A stretch of 64,000 bases of DNA from Candidatus Latescibacterota bacterium (GTDB taxonomy: Bacteria > Latescibacterota > UBA2968). Position numbers and translations under genes: made by a program. The stretch is taken from positions 1,120,001 to 1,184,000 of the forward strand of contig OZ240241.1 of the NCBI GenBank assembly GCA_965198115.1. Reading direction: 5' to 3'. The notes below the pieces were generated by a model, which saw only the letters and a list, made by a program, of their open reading frames with translations, was not told the DNA's origin and searched no databases. Shown in pieces: positions 1-11,329 of the stretch (positions are counted from its first letter, which is position 1; every line of letters starts with the position of its first letter).

Positions 1-30
1 ACCTTCTTGATTCGTCGACGGGCCATTACC

Positions 31-297
31 TCAGCTCTTTCCCTTGATAGGTGGCCAGCGAAGGTGTTCACATAAGTCGGCCACTGTTCGGCTAGAGCGG
101 CTGTGACCTCCTCCACTACAGGCTGCTCTGCAGTAATATCGGGGTCGCAAGCGGTGAGCGGTCAAGTCGGCCTTTGTGACCGATGCTTCCCCACTGGACC
201 GGATGGCGCCTACGATAGCTTCAGCCTGTTTGGATTCAATCCCGGCGGCTTCAAGTGAGCGGGCCGCGCTAAGGGTGTCGAAGGTTGCGGTGTTCAT
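31..297 (-). pseudogene. DUF1640/CCDC90-like coiled-coil protein, N-terminal fragment
   Basis: FDTLSAARSLEAAGIESKQAEAIV...VTKADL is the typical N-terminus of this family; sequence after ADL is unrelated. Confidence 0.55.
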
Positions 298-422
298 GTT
301 CGGATTTTCCTAAATCAGTCTGCCCATTCTCCCACGCCCCCAAGACAAAAACCACAGAGACAAGCGCCGACGCGCTCTGGAAAAACCAGCAAAACCGAAG
401 CCTCCAGGGTGCTTCCAGGTTC

Positions 423-1327
423 TCATAAAGCCCTCCCTCCCGCTGGGAAATCCGCCCGCATCAGCTCGGGCAAGCCCGTGACGATGCGGGCGGTTTCCAC
501 GCTGACATGGACGATCCGGCAGATCGCCGCGACCAGTTCTCGTGGATCGTCAAACCAGCCGTTGGGATCGTTGACGATGCCGCTTTCCTTGTCCTGCGTG
601 ATTCGGTAGCGGTCGATGAACCACTCTAGCGGCGTCCGCCCGTTGACCTGATACGTGTGCGCCGCGGCGGGGATACCGCGCAGGCTCACATGCTCGTTGA
701 CGGCGAGGACAGTCTTTTCATCGTCAGCAAATCGCATGGCCCGGTCGCCAATTCGGAAATGCGCCGGTCGGGGTTCTCCTTCGCGGGCAAACACAATCTC
801 AAGCGGATATTCCTCGCAGGTCTCATAGCCGAGATGAAGTTCCGCGAGTTCACGTCCGGCTTTGGCGAAGGCATGGAAATCGGGCGCGAGCGGAATGCGC
901 GGCAGTTCCTTCGCCAGATCGTTGGCGAAGCGTTCCCGGTAGGCGGACGCATGCAGAACGCCGTAGACGTAATCGAAGATCGCGTCCTTGGTGATCGTGT
1001 TGTCGTTGTAACGCACGCGGAAGGCGCGCAAGGCCGTGTCTGAGATGTTGTCGAGGCGCTCCCGGCCCGATTCGATCCCCGGAAGCTCCCGCTGCACCTC
1101 CGCCCGCTCCCGATACCGGTAGCGCGGGAAACACTGGCCATTGAACATCAGCTGACGATCCGGCATCGTATCGGCCACGAGAGCCGAGAACGGCTTGGTC
1201 GATCCGATTCCCGGAACGCAGATCGCGCGGTTCTCGCTGTCGGACGCAGGGAAAATGTCGCCTGTAAGTGCCGGACGTTGAGAAAAGGTCTGATCAGCAT
1301 AAAGATATAGCTTCACGAACGGTCGAT
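423..1327 (-). pseudogene. Type ISP restriction-modification enzyme, C-terminal target-recognition part (split by IS256)
   Basis: IFDYVYGVLH..YRERFANDLAKELPRIP, LAELHLGYE, YQVNGRTPLEWFIDRY..KESGIVNDPN; continuous with 2716-4210 once the IS is removed. Confidence 0.9.
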
Positions 1328-2715
1328 GGTCAAGTCCCATAGTCAGTTGAAAACTCATCGGGCCCCGTAGTTTGGTCAGGCTCTCTTTTGAGCATTCTGT
1401 TCGTTGTCGAGATTCAGATCTTTGTTCAGTGCTTGCCTGAGTAGGGGAAGATGTTTGTATCCGCTCACGCGTCGCAGGCGAGGTTCGATGTCGAGGAGTG
1501 CGGCAGCCACCCATCTGTGTCTCTGGGGAGAGTTGTTCCAGCGTCTGACCTTCCGAGTGAGCTCGCCGGTCATGCTGTTGAGGGCTTCGATGCAGTTGGT
1601 GGTTCGGAAGCTTCGTTTCAAGAATGGGAGCATACCCAGCCGGTGGAGGGTCAGGGTTTCCTCCAGGCCTTCCTCGAGGCTCGTTACGGCAGACTGATTC
1701 ATCAGCTTCAGTTCGGGTTTAAGTGATTCGAGTGCGGCCTTTGCCTCCTCGTAGGTGTCGCAGTCATAGGCTTTCTGGAGCTTCCGTCGAACTCTTGGAC
1801 GTTCCCTCTCCGGGAGATAGCTGACGACATTCTCGCGCTTGTGCCACTGACAGCGATGCACGCGCACATACCCTTTGAGGGCTTTGGTGACAGCACTGCG
1901 GAGTCCCTTTGAGCCGTCAAGCACAACGAGAAGGCCCTGGTCGTAGCACAGGCCTCTCCGGATGAGGTCCTGGATCAGCTGGCGGCAGATCCGTTCGTTC
2001 TCCGTCGCCGATTCGACGAAGCCCAGGGGGATCTTCTGGCCGTCCATCGTGACCCCCAGAGCGATCACGATCTCTTCGTCGGCAAAGCTCTTTCCGTCAA
2101 TGAACAGGGTCACGAAGCCGTAGTCGTCGAGGGGACGCTCCTGGAACTGCTTCCGCTTCTTCGCGGTGGCTTTGATGAACCGCCGCGAGACGGAGGACGC
2201 TGAGATACCAAACGCTTCTGGAACCGATTCGGCACAGGCCTTGTAGTTGCGGCACGAGATCCCCTTGAGAACACGAAGCAACAGCCCCTCGTCCGTCTTC
2301 TTGGGCGTCTGTAGAGCCCGGTATGCAGCCAGGGAAACCTCTGCGTCGGCCTCGACGTCGCGCACCCGGGGAACGTCTAACGGGAGCTTCTGGTCCATCA
2401 GATACACGGATCCCTTCTGGCTTCCCCACCGACGATGCGCCTGCTCCGAACCTTTGCGCGCATACCGAACGCCTGCGAGCTGCTCGACCTCCTGCTGGAG
2501 GAGGTCTGCCACTGCCTCCAGACCCAACGGGATCAACGCCTGGATCACCGACAAACGCGTCTCCAAATCGATGACATCGCCCTCAACCTTGACTTCACCA
2601 TCGCCTACAAATAGCTTCTCCATCTGGGCTCCTTTCTTACGGGTATACGCTCCTACACGTCTACCCAACGTAAGTTTGGAGCCCTCTAAGTTTCAACTAC
2701 GATAGGCACAACACC
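1328..2715 (-). mobile_element. IS256-family element, complete, with 8-bp target duplication
   Basis: CGGTCGAT at 1320-1327 and 2716-2723; imperfect terminal IRs GGTCAAGTCCCATAGTCAGTTGAAAACT / GGTGTTGTGCCTATCGTAGTTGAAACT. Confidence 0.92.
1376..2623 (-). CDS. IS256-family DDE transposase
   Basis: FIDG, VLDGSKGL, RCQWHK, RTTNCIE motifs; start MEKLF after AGGAG. Confidence 0.93.
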   Translation of the reverse strand: MEKLFVGDGEVKVEGDVIDLETRLSVIQALIPLGLEAVADLLQQEVEQLAGVRYARKGSEQAHRRWGSQKGSVYLMDQKLPLDVPRVRDVEADAEVSLAAYRALQTPKKTDEGLLLRVLKGISCRNYKACAESVPEAFGISASSVSRRFIKATAKKRKQFQERPLDDYGFVTLFIDGKSFADEEIVIALGVTMDGQKIPLGFVESATENERICRQLIQDLIRRGLCYDQGLLVVLDGSKGLRSAVTKALKGYVRVHRCQWHKRENVVSYLPERERPRVRRKLQKAYDCDTYEEAKAALESLKPELKLMNQSAVTSLEEGLEETLTLHRLGMLPFLKRSFRTTNCIEALNSMTGELTRKVRRWNNSPQRHRWVAAALLDIEPRLRRVSGYKHLPLLRQALNKDLNLDNEQNAQKRA

Positions 2716-4210
2716 CGGTCGATAGGCCACTTTTCGAATGAATGTGTCTGCAAACTCCGCAGTCGTTCTTCGCCCAACGAGATTCTTCAGTTTGCCGTCC
2801 CATCGAAGATTCGAGGAATGACGGAGTGTGATTTCTTGAATGATCTCGTCCGAGGGTGATCCATTCTTGAATTCGTCCAACTCCCGCCGAGCACCCAGAT
2901 AGTCGTCTACCATCTTGCAGGCATTCTTCGTACAGGCATCGCGGGAGAAGTTGTACACATAGGCATCACGCCCGGTCTGGTAGCCGTTGCTGAACAGCGT
3001 GAAGACCGCCTCATCCGTTCTACCGGCCTTTGCGGTCTTTGAACCCACCGGATAGAGCCTTTGGAATTCCTCGCTTCGCTGGCCGATCCAGTCGTGATGC
3101 CGGTCAGGCGTGATCGTCCGCCAATCCTCGATGCCAGCGATCGACCCCGCCTCGCGCAGGACCGCCAGCTTCTCCTCACGTTTGAGATAGTCGCCGATAT
3201 CGCGGTAGAGGATGCGGCAGCCGTCAGCTTCCGGGTTGCGGACCAGGATCGTGATCGCGACCGGTGCACGGGAGCCTTGACCGAATACCTTGCCGCCCTC
3301 CTGGCGCGAACGTTCTCCCTGAGTCCGCTGATTGCCCCGCAGGTTCAGAACGTAGATCGAGCTGAACTCCTCGGCCAGGCAGGCGCGAACGCCCGAATCG
3401 ACATTGCTGTCGATCCAGGAGCCGTTGGTGACAAGCGCGATCACGCCCTGCTTGCCGATCCGGTCCGACGCCCAGCGGATCGCCATCTTGTAGGTGTCAT
3501 AGAGGCTGTTCTTGTTCGTCGCCGTGGACCGTGCGGCATAGGTTTTTGCGACGCGCCGCTCAAGCTCGGGATAGTCGACGTTGGGGTTGTCGTCCGCCGA
3601 GCTCCTCTGCTTCGCCGACCATGGTGGATTGCCGACGATGACCTGAATCGGCAGATCCTGCTGGCGTTCCGCGCGTGCGCTGTTGACCGGAAGCCAATTC
3701 TTCGGGAAGCCGGTCCTGTCGGTGTGCAGATTGAACGTGCCGCGCCGCCCGTGGAACGCCTCTTCGATGTGGATGGCCGCGATGTAGTAGGCCAGCAGGA
3801 CGATCTCGTTGGCGTGAAACTCTCCGTGGTATTTCCTCGCGAGATCGGATTCCCGGACCAACGCGGACTGGATCAGCCGGACGAGAAAGATGCCGGTGCC
3901 GGTGAAGGGATCGAGGACATGAACGCCCTCGTCGCTCAGGCTTCGCCCGAACTCCCAGCGCACCACGTGATCGGCGCTGTTCAAGATGAAATCCACGATC
4001 TCAACCGGCGTGTAGACGATGCCGAGGCGGTCCGCGTCCTTCTTGAGGGCCGTGGCGAAGAACTTCTCGTAGAGTTCCATCAGCACGTGCTGACGCGCTT
4101 CGCTGTTGTCGAGGCCGCGGGCGCGCATGCGCACGCTCTCGTAGAAGCGCTCCAGATCCCGCGTCTCGTTCTCCAGCCCGAACTCCCCGAAATCCTGCCG
4201 CAGGGCGTCC
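2716..4210 (-). pseudogene. Type ISP enzyme, N6-adenine methyltransferase part; helicase/nuclease N-terminus lost
   Basis: LGIVYTPVEIVDFI, VLDPFTGTG, ANEIVLLAYYIA, VIVGNPPW; fused upstream to an IS256 remnant. Confidence 0.9.
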
Positions 4211-5304
4211 AGGAGCATACCCAATCGATGGAGGGTCAGCGTTTCCTGCAGGCCCTCCTCGAGGCTCGCAACGGCAGACTGATTCATCAGCTTCAGTTCG
4301 GGCTTGAGCGCTTCGAGCGCGGCTTTTGCCTCCTCACACGTGTGGCAGTCGTAGGCTTTTTGAAGCTTCCGTCGGACTCTGGGACGTTCTCTCTCCGGGA
4401 GATAGTTGACGACGTTCTCGCGCTTGTGCCACTGACAGCGATGCACGCGAACATATCCCTTCAGGGCTTTCGTGACGGCACTGCGGAGTCCCTTTGAGCC
4501 GTCCAGCACAACGAGGAGGCCCTGGTCGTAGCACAGGCCTCTCCGGATGAGACCCTGGATCAGCTGACGGCAGATCCGTTCGTTCTCTGTTGCTGATTCG
4601 ACGAACCCCAGAGGGATCTTCTGGCCGTCCATCGTGACGCCCAGAGCAATCACGATCTCTTCGTCGGCAAAGCTCTTTTCCGTCGATGAACAGGGCGACC
4701 AGATCGTAGTCGTCGAGCGGTCGTTCCTGGAACTGCTTCAGCTTCTTTGCGGTGGCTTTGATGAACCGTCGCGAGACGGAGGATGCCGAGATTCCGAACG
4801 CTTCGGGTACCGATTCTGAACAAGCTCTGTAGTTGCGGCAGGAGATTCCTTTGAGAACACGAAGCAACAGACCCTCGTCCAACGCTCTGGGGCTCTGGAG
4901 TGCACGGTGTGCCGAAAGGGAAACCTCCGTGTCGGCCTCGACGTCGCGCACACGAGGTACGTCTACTGGGAGCTTCTGGTCCATCAGATACACGGACCCC
5001 TTCTGGCTTCCCCATCGACGATACGACTGCTCCGAACCCTTGCGCGCATACCGAACACCAGCCAGCTGCTCCACCTCCTGCTGGAGAACGTCTGCTATGG
5101 CCTCCAGACCCAGCGGGATCAACGCCTGGATCACCGACAAACGTGTCTCCAAATCGATCACGTCTGACTCAACCTTGACTTCGCCATTACCTGCAAATAG
5201 CTTCTCCATCTGGGCTCCTTTCTTACGGCTACACGCTCTCGCACGCGTACCCACAACGTAAGTTTGGAGCCCTCTAAGTTTCAACTAGGATAGGCACCAC
5301 AACC
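4211..5304 (-). mobile_element. IS256 copy 2, frameshifted (~4678) and 3'-truncated
   Basis: Homologous to 1328-2715 with the same left end; transposase stops at LHRLGML. Confidence 0.9.
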
Positions 5305-5464
5305 GTGCGTCCGAGTGCTCACGAAGTCGTAGGACCAGACATGATTCCGGTGCAGCGGCCTTAGCCGGATGCACGAGCCATCGTTGAGCCACAGTCGGCC
5401 CCGTTTCGGCTGCCGCCTGCGCGGCCAAGCCAGGCAGCGAAACCTCGTTATTCTGAGTGCCTCG

Positions 5465-6274
5465 TTAGCGAAGTTGGGCAGCTATTGGCTCGAGGTCGCC
5501 GTCTGGTATCAAGTAAAGGCGCATCTGGTAGTAGATGTCTACACCGAGTGCTTGTGGCATGGCGACGCCCGGGTTGACGTCTACTAGAGCTGCCGCTAAG
5601 GTGCCACCGAAGTTGATTAGGCCTCTGTTGTAAAGGTCGTAGTACTCGTAAATGAGTTGGTACAAGTCCTTGGAGAAGTCATCTTGTCCCTCGTAACCTC
5701 GACTACGTAAATTGAACCTATCCTTAGTCGCGGACAGTTGCAGGATGCAGAGCTGCCTATAGGTCATGGACTCGGCCGCCTTTGTCATTTGATGTGCCAT
5801 AGCGGCACTGATCTCCGTGTTGAAAGCCAAGTTGGCCAGCAAATGCGCCATATAGGGCAGTTTCTTCTCTTCCGGCTCTCTCTGGCTCTTCAGCAACGTG
5901 CTTTCCCATACTTCCTCCGCCTCTGAACGTCCACGGCCTCCAGTGTCAAAGAACCCGTCATCCCGGACGCTTTCGCCGTTCCGGCATCGCTCGACGATCT
6001 CTGCTGCGGCAAGGGCGAACACACCTCCAACCCTTGCCTGTTCCCTCGGAGAAAGCAGACGCGTGGACAGGTCATGACCGATCGCCTTAACAGCCATAGT
6101 CGCGGCCGCTCCAACGGTTCCTCCAACGGCGGCGCCCGCTGGTCCCGTTAGGAAGGACCCGATCACTGTGCCGATGGCGGGGCCAGCGGCCCCTCCCGCA
6201 AGTTCAGCCCCCTTGTTGATCAGGAGGCGCAGGCGACCGTCGCGGTCCTGTCGGTTATCAGCGTCGTGCTCCAT
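5465..6274 (-). CDS. Hypothetical protein, Gly/Ala-rich N-terminus (possibly Abi-alpha/DUF4393-like)
   Basis: 269-aa intact ORF among defence-gene remnants; family call is resemblance only. Confidence 0.6.
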   Translation of the reverse strand: MEHDADNRQDRDGRLRLLINKGAELAGGAAGPAIGTVIGSFLTGPAGAAVGGTVGAAATMAVKAIGHDLSTRLLSPREQARVGGVFALAAAEIVERCRNGESVRDDGFFDTGGRGRSEAEEVWESTLLKSQREPEEKKLPYMAHLLANLAFNTEISAAMAHQMTKAAESMTYRQLCILQLSATKDRFNLRSRGYEGQDDFSKDLYQLIYEYYDLYNRGLINFGGTLAAALVDVNPGVAMPQALGVDIYYQMRLYLIPDGDLEPIAAQLR

Positions 6275-6289
6275 AGAATCTACACGTCA

Positions 6290-6965
6290 CTCTCAGCATT
6301 CAGTCAGAAAATGGTCACCCTGTCCAGATATCGCGCGGACCTGTACCCCACGAGCCGCTTCCGGAGAGCCTGCGACCTTCTGGAGGAGCAATGCCCGCGG
6401 CGGCAAGCTCACGTGCTGTATCTCCGGCTGCTGCACCTTGCCGCGCCGGAGGGCCAGGAGAAGGTCGACCGCGCTTTGGATGTCGTCCTGCGCACAGGTG
6501 CACCCCTACACCCGGAGTCCATCGGATCGTCACTGACCTCTGCTCACGTGCCATCCACGCCTACCGTGGATGTCGCTTAGGTGAGGCTGGATTGCTACGA
6601 TCGTCTGCTCGAGGAGGCCGCCGGATGAGACGCGCTCAGGCCACCCAACTCCGCGACGGCCTCAGGACACTACGCCTGGCCACCATCCGCGAATGTTACC
6701 GCGAGCAGGCTGACCTGGCACGGAAAGAGACCCTCCCCTACGAAGCCTACCTGCTCGAACTCGTCAATCACGAGTGCGAGACCCGCGCCCACAACCGCGT
6801 GCAGCGATTGCTCCGGGAGTCTCGACTTCCTTTGGAGAAGAACCTGGACACCTTCGACCGCACCCGGCTGCCCGCGAAGGTCGATGGTCTGGTAGCCACG
6901 CTTCCCGAAGGCGATTTCCTGGAGCGCTCCGAAAACGTACTGGCCTTCGGCAACCCCGGCTCCGC
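6290..6965 (+). mobile_element. IS21-family remnant: istA C-terminus (internal TAG at 6578) and istB N-terminus
   Basis: LYPTSRFRRA..YLRLLHLAA; ATGA overlap at 6625-6628; IstB LLRESRLP..KNLDTFD..NVLAFGNPG, cut inside Walker A. Confidence 0.85.
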
Positions 6966-7038
6966 AGTATCGTAGGCCGCCTTCGATAGTGCTTGCATAG
7001 ATATCGCAAGCAGGTTCGCGACTACCTCCAGTCGACCG

Positions 7039-7123
7039 GCCACCTTTAGGTGGCGCTTGGTTTCCAACCGCTTTGAGCGGTTCACAAGTTTTCAAGCCTC
7101 CGGCTTTGCCGGAGGTCATGACT
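7039..7123 (+). repeat. Orphan IS200 right end
   Basis: Matches 8820-8904 (GCCACCTTTAGGTGGCG...CCTCCGGCTTTGCCGGAGGTCATGACT). Confidence 0.9.
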
Positions 7124-7152
7124 TGAATAACCGCACCGGAGACGCCCGTCCC

Positions 7153-7900
7153 TCAGCCGTCGAGGAAATCCTTCAACGTCTTCCCGGCTGGCGGTTCGTC
7201 CGCCCGCGTTGTGAACTCCGGAGGGGCAAACAGGGGGTTGCCCGGGGACCACAGTTCCAGGCTTTCGGCGTGTTCCTCGAAATGCTCCGGATCGGTGGTC
7301 ACCCGCAGTCGCTCGGTCATGCCAGGGGCCAACAGGCCGTATTCACGATGTCCCAGGGGTTGGATATCGGTCCCCGGCGGCATCATGTCGGATGACCAGA
7401 TCATCCTGTCGAGATCCGCCATGGTGACAACTGATGGCGTGCGCACCGGCATGGCGAGGTCGCTCTCCGTCACCGCATCGATATCGAAACCCCGCTCCTC
7501 GGCTTCCCGCGCCTGTTGCTCGATTGCGTCCACGACATTGGCGCGCTCCGCGCCTTCGCGTCCGCTGCCCGACAACACGGCATCGGATATGGCGCGCGGC
7601 ACTTGCGCCAGAATCGGCTGCAAGCGGCCGACCATGGACTCGAACAGGCCGATGCGGTTCCTGAGTGCCCGGTAAACGTCGGTTTCGACCGTGCCCTCGT
7701 AGTGCAGGTTGACGATCCGAATGATCTCATGCCGCTGGCCGAGGCGATCGATGCGGCCGATGCGCTGTTCCACCCGCATGGGGTTCCACGGCATGTCGTA
7801 GCGGAACCGCCGTTTGGCATCGTCGCGGCCGATCCGGCGCCAGGAGCCGTCGGCGGAGGGTGTTTCTCCACCACGTCCCGAGAAGCACATCAACCTTTGA
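7153..7900 (-). pseudogene. SNF2/helicase C-terminal fragment
   Basis: YDMPWNPMRVEQRIGRIDRLGQ (motif VI); motif V segment absent and no N-terminal ATPase lobe. Confidence 0.85.
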
Positions 7901-8274
7901 TCGGCACCTTTCAGGAGTTCTCCGCGCAGGAAATCCATGGTGGTGTCTCGATCTTCTTCGTTTCGATCACGTTTGGCGCGCCCTCGAGTCCGTTAGCGAT
8001 CGTCGCCATCCGCGCGTCGTATTCGGCAAATCGCGCATCGTGGTCCATCGAGAACCAGTCCTCGATACCCGTGAGAAGCCCGACAATCTCCTGAGTATCG
8101 TCGTTTCGAGAGAACGATTTCGTTTTCGAGAGGAACCTGGAGGAACTCAGACGCTCACCGACACATCGAGTGCGCCCATCTGTGTGGCAGGCTTGAACTT
8201 GCGGCATCCCAGGACACGAAAAGAATGGCCGAAGAATGCGGCGTTACGAGGACCACGATCTATAACTAAACCTT

Positions 8275-8904
8275 GGTAAGCCCCCGGCTCTGCCGGGGAG
8301 ACTCCCAGAGTTTGACAGTTCCAGAAATATGTAAGAGCCTCCCTTGCCGTGGACCGCTCAAAGCACACGGAAGGAAGGCTCTCTAATGAACAACGTAAGG
8401 AGTCTACGTCACACGGTATGGGAGTGCAAGTATGACGTTGTTTGGGTTCGGAAGTATCGTAGAAAAGTGTTGTATGGTGAAATTCGTCGCTATCTGGGCG
8501 AGGTGATTCGGGATCTGGCCGCACAGAAGGAATGCCGTGTGGAAGAGGGTCACCTGCGATCCGACCATGTGCACATGCTGATTTCGATCCCGCCGAAGCA
8601 CTCAGTAGCTCAGACGGTAGGGTTCATCAAAGGAAAGAGTGCGATTCACATTGCTCGGAACTATCTGGGACGCAGGTCGAACTTCACCGGGCAGCATTTC
8701 TGGGCAAGAGGCTACTGGGTCTCCACCGTTGGCAAGGATGAACAGACGGTTCGGGAGTATATCCAGAACCAGGAGCGGGAGGACCTGAGTCTCGACCAGC
8801 TCAACATTTTCAGGTAATCGCCACCTTTAGGTGGCGCTTGGTTTCCAACCGCTTTGAGCGGTTCACAAGTTTTCAAGCCTCCGGCTTTGCCGGAGGTCAT
8901 GACT
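8275..8904 (+). mobile_element. IS200-type element (tnpA only)
   Basis: Subterminal hairpins CCCCGGCTCTGCCGGGG (left) and CCTCCGGCTTTGCCGGAGG (right) around tnpA. Confidence 0.9.
8386..8817 (+). CDS. tnpA: IS200/IS605 HUH (Y1) transposase
   Basis: HUH motif DHVHML, FWARGY, catalytic YIQNQ. Confidence 0.95.
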   Translation: MNNVRSLRHTVWECKYDVVWVRKYRRKVLYGEIRRYLGEVIRDLAAQKECRVEEGHLRSDHVHMLISIPPKHSVAQTVGFIKGKSAIHIARNYLGRRSNFTGQHFWARGYWVSTVGKDEQTVREYIQNQEREDLSLDQLNIFR

Positions 8905-8952
8905 GGTCAAATCATTCAAACGGGCTGAATCCTTGGTAGTGGTTCACTTTGA

Positions 8953-9403
8953 CTAACTGCGGTCCTCACGGTTGATCCGCCCGCCCTTCATCAGTTTCCG
9001 TTCCTCATCTTCTAGCAGCTTCACTAAGTCCGTCACGCTCCAAGCCCTGTCCGTCAGGCCAGCGGCCATTGCAGGCGTCCTTCCCTTCAGCGTCTTGTGC
9101 TTCCGGCAGAAGTTGTAGTAGAACATATGTAGGGCAATAGCGTGCGCGTGGTTGATCCACTTTTTTGAGAAGCCATTGGTCAAGCGCGTGAACCGCCGAT
9201 TTCCCATCCTCATCGTCAAATTCGACCGCTCGATATAGGACGTGGAGATATGGGCGGGATCGGGGTTGCCGACCACAGGCCGAACGTCGATACCGATGCA
9301 CTTAGCTGGGCTGTAAGTCCTGTCCGCGTCGGGATCGGTCCCGTACTGTTTCACGAGCTGGGCAAAGTCACAGGCCCCACCAAAAGCCTGCTCAATGGCC
9401 TCT
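8953..9403 (-). pseudogene. IS1-family transposase C-terminal fragment
   Basis: GNPDPAHISTSYIERSNLTMRM..RFTRLTNGFSKK..YNFCR.H.TL..TPAMAAG. Confidence 0.85.
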
Positions 9404-10451
9404 TCCTCGAGGCTTGCCACGGCAGACTGATTCATCAGCTTGAGTTCGGGTTTGAGTGATTCGAGTGCGGCCTTTGCCTCCTCGTAGGTGTCGCAGTCAT
9501 AGGCTTTCTGAAGTTTCCGTCGAACTCTTGGACGTTCTGCCTCCGGGAGGTAGCTGACGACGTTCTCGCGCTTGTGCCACTGACAGCGATGCACGCACAC
9601 ATCCCCTTTGAGGGCTTTGGTGACGGCACTGCGGAGTCCCTTTGAGCCGTCCAGCACAACGAGAAGGCCCTGGTCGTAGCACAGGCCTCTCCGGATGAGA
9701 TCCTGGATCAGCTGACGGCAGATCCGTTCGTTCTCCGTCGCCGATTCGACGAAGCCCAGGGGGATCTTCTGGCCGTCCGTCGTGACGCCCGGAGCGATCA
9801 CGATCTCTTCGTCGGCAAAGCTCTTTCCGTCGATGAACAGGGCGACCAAGTCGTAGTCGTCGAGCGGTCGTTCCTGGAACTGCTTCAGCTTCTTTGCGGT
9901 GGCTTTGATGAACCGTCGCGAGACGGAGGATGCCGAGATTCCGAACGCTTCGGGTACCGACTCTGCACAGGCTCTGTAGTTGCGACAGGAGATTCCCTTG
10001 AGCACACGAAGCAGCAGCTTCTCATCCATCGCTCTGGGCCTCTGCATCCCCCGGTATGCGGCCAGAGAAACCTCCGTATCGGACTCGACGTCGCGCACAC
10101 GGGGAACGGCCACCGGCAGCTTCTGGTCCATCAGATACACGGACCCTTTCTGGCTTCCCCATCGACGATGCGACTGCTCTGAACCCTTACGCGCATACCG
10201 AACGCCTGCGAGCTGCTCCACCTCCTGCTGGAGCACGTCGGCAACGGCCTCCAGACCCAGCGGAATCAGCGCCCGGATCACCGATAAACGCGTCTCCAAA
10301 TCCATAACGTCTGACCCAACCTTGACTTCGCCATCCCCTGCAAATAGCTTCTCCATCGTGGGCTCCTTTCTTACGGGTACACGCTCTCACACGTCTACCC
10401 ACAACGTAAGTTTTGAGCCCTTTAAGTTTCAACTAGGATAGGGACCTCACC
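9404..10451 (-). mobile_element. IS256 copy 3, 3'-truncated, fused in frame to the IS1 fragment
   Basis: Homologous to 1328-2715; left IR GGTGAGGTCCCTATCCTAGTTGAAACT; transposase ends at SLEE. Confidence 0.9.
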
Positions 10452-10463
10452 GGTGGTGTAGCG

Positions 10464-10498
10464 AAAAAGGAAAGGCCCCCGGTCGTTCGACCGGGGGC
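10464..10498 (-). terminator. Rho-independent terminator
   Basis: Minus-strand hairpin GCCCCCGGTCG-AA-CGACCGGGGGC followed by a U-rich tract. Confidence 0.7.
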
Positions 10499-10535
10499 TG
10501 AGTTCCTTTCCTACCGTCTTGGTGGATTCCTACAC

Positions 10536-10709
10536 CTACACCTGATGTGTCAGTATTAGGTTAATCAGCAAATCTGTCTGCGTCATCCCCTCGGCCTCGG
10601 CGCGGGCCCTCAAAACTTCCTTTACATCTTCGGGCACTTTTGGTAAGGAAACCACGCGATCATACTTCCTGGGTCTCCCCCGACCCCTCTTCTTCGGCTG
10701 CACGGTCAT
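10536..10709 (-). CDS. 57-aa AT-hook plus ribbon-helix-helix-like DNA-binding protein
   Basis: KKRGRGRPRK then VVSLPKVPEDVKEVLRARAEAEGMTQTDLL; GAGG upstream; own terminator. Confidence 0.65.
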   Translation of the reverse strand: MTVQPKKRGRGRPRKYDRVVSLPKVPEDVKEVLRARAEAEGMTQTDLLINLILTHQV

Positions 10710-10890
10710 TTTGCCTCGCCCGGCCCTTGAAGAACCTCCCCGCAAGATTTTGTCAAGCAGGAGAAAACCACTGAGCCGACAAAAGGGCTGAGTCCGGACC
10801 TGTCGCCTGACACCACCCAATTCGATGGGGTGCACAACTTCCGGTTCTCGCCACCCGTTTCGGTCAGTCAATACAGTTCCAGTTGGACGA

Positions 10891-11058
10891 TTAACGCGAG
10901 GCAGGGCCGCGGTGCTTGGTGAAGTACCGGTCGCGCACAGCGTCCTCAAAGGCTTTCCAGTCAGACTCATGCTTGTGCGCCAGATCCAGAAGGACCGGAA
11001 GGTCGATCTGCGCGGGCGAGAACTCGCTGCCGAATGGAAGATCGCTGCGCGTTATCAA
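10891..11058 (-). pseudogene. Short N-terminal gene fragment, possibly from a restriction endonuclease
   Basis: Not in the ORF track: AGGAG + TTG start, ITRSDLPFGSEFSPAQIDLPVLLDLAHKHESDWKAFEDAVRDRYF; family call from recollection only. Confidence 0.3.
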
Positions 11059-11329
11059 AGGCTCCTATTCACTCGCGTCGGCTTTCGGGGTGTGTCGTGG
11101 TTGAAAAACTCCTGGTTATCGAGAGCAACGGAGACTCTGGTTTTTAGTTGCCATGGGGTTCAGAATGATGATGGTGTAGATAGGGTAAGATGTCAAACTT
11201 ATCGGTGGTCGGCTGCCAGTTTCATCGCATCCGGAGAGCCGCAGCGGAGCGCGAAGGTCCGGTACACCAGCCACAGGTTTCGTTTGAACGATTTGAGAAG
11301 CCCCACTCAAGAGAGGGAAACCGAGCCGG

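Noticed and set aside
2686-4653. Novel transposase-methyltransferase fusion protein (655-aa ORF)
   Set aside because: Junction of two truncated genes; the IS part is frameshifted and lacks the final catalytic Glu
6578-6580. Pyrrolysine or recoded TAG in istA
   Set aside because: Lies in a doubly truncated IS21 remnant; a simple nonsense mutation suffices
8817-8904. TnpB/IscB omega-RNA system
   Set aside because: No tnpB or iscB ORF; hairpins are explained as the IS200 right end
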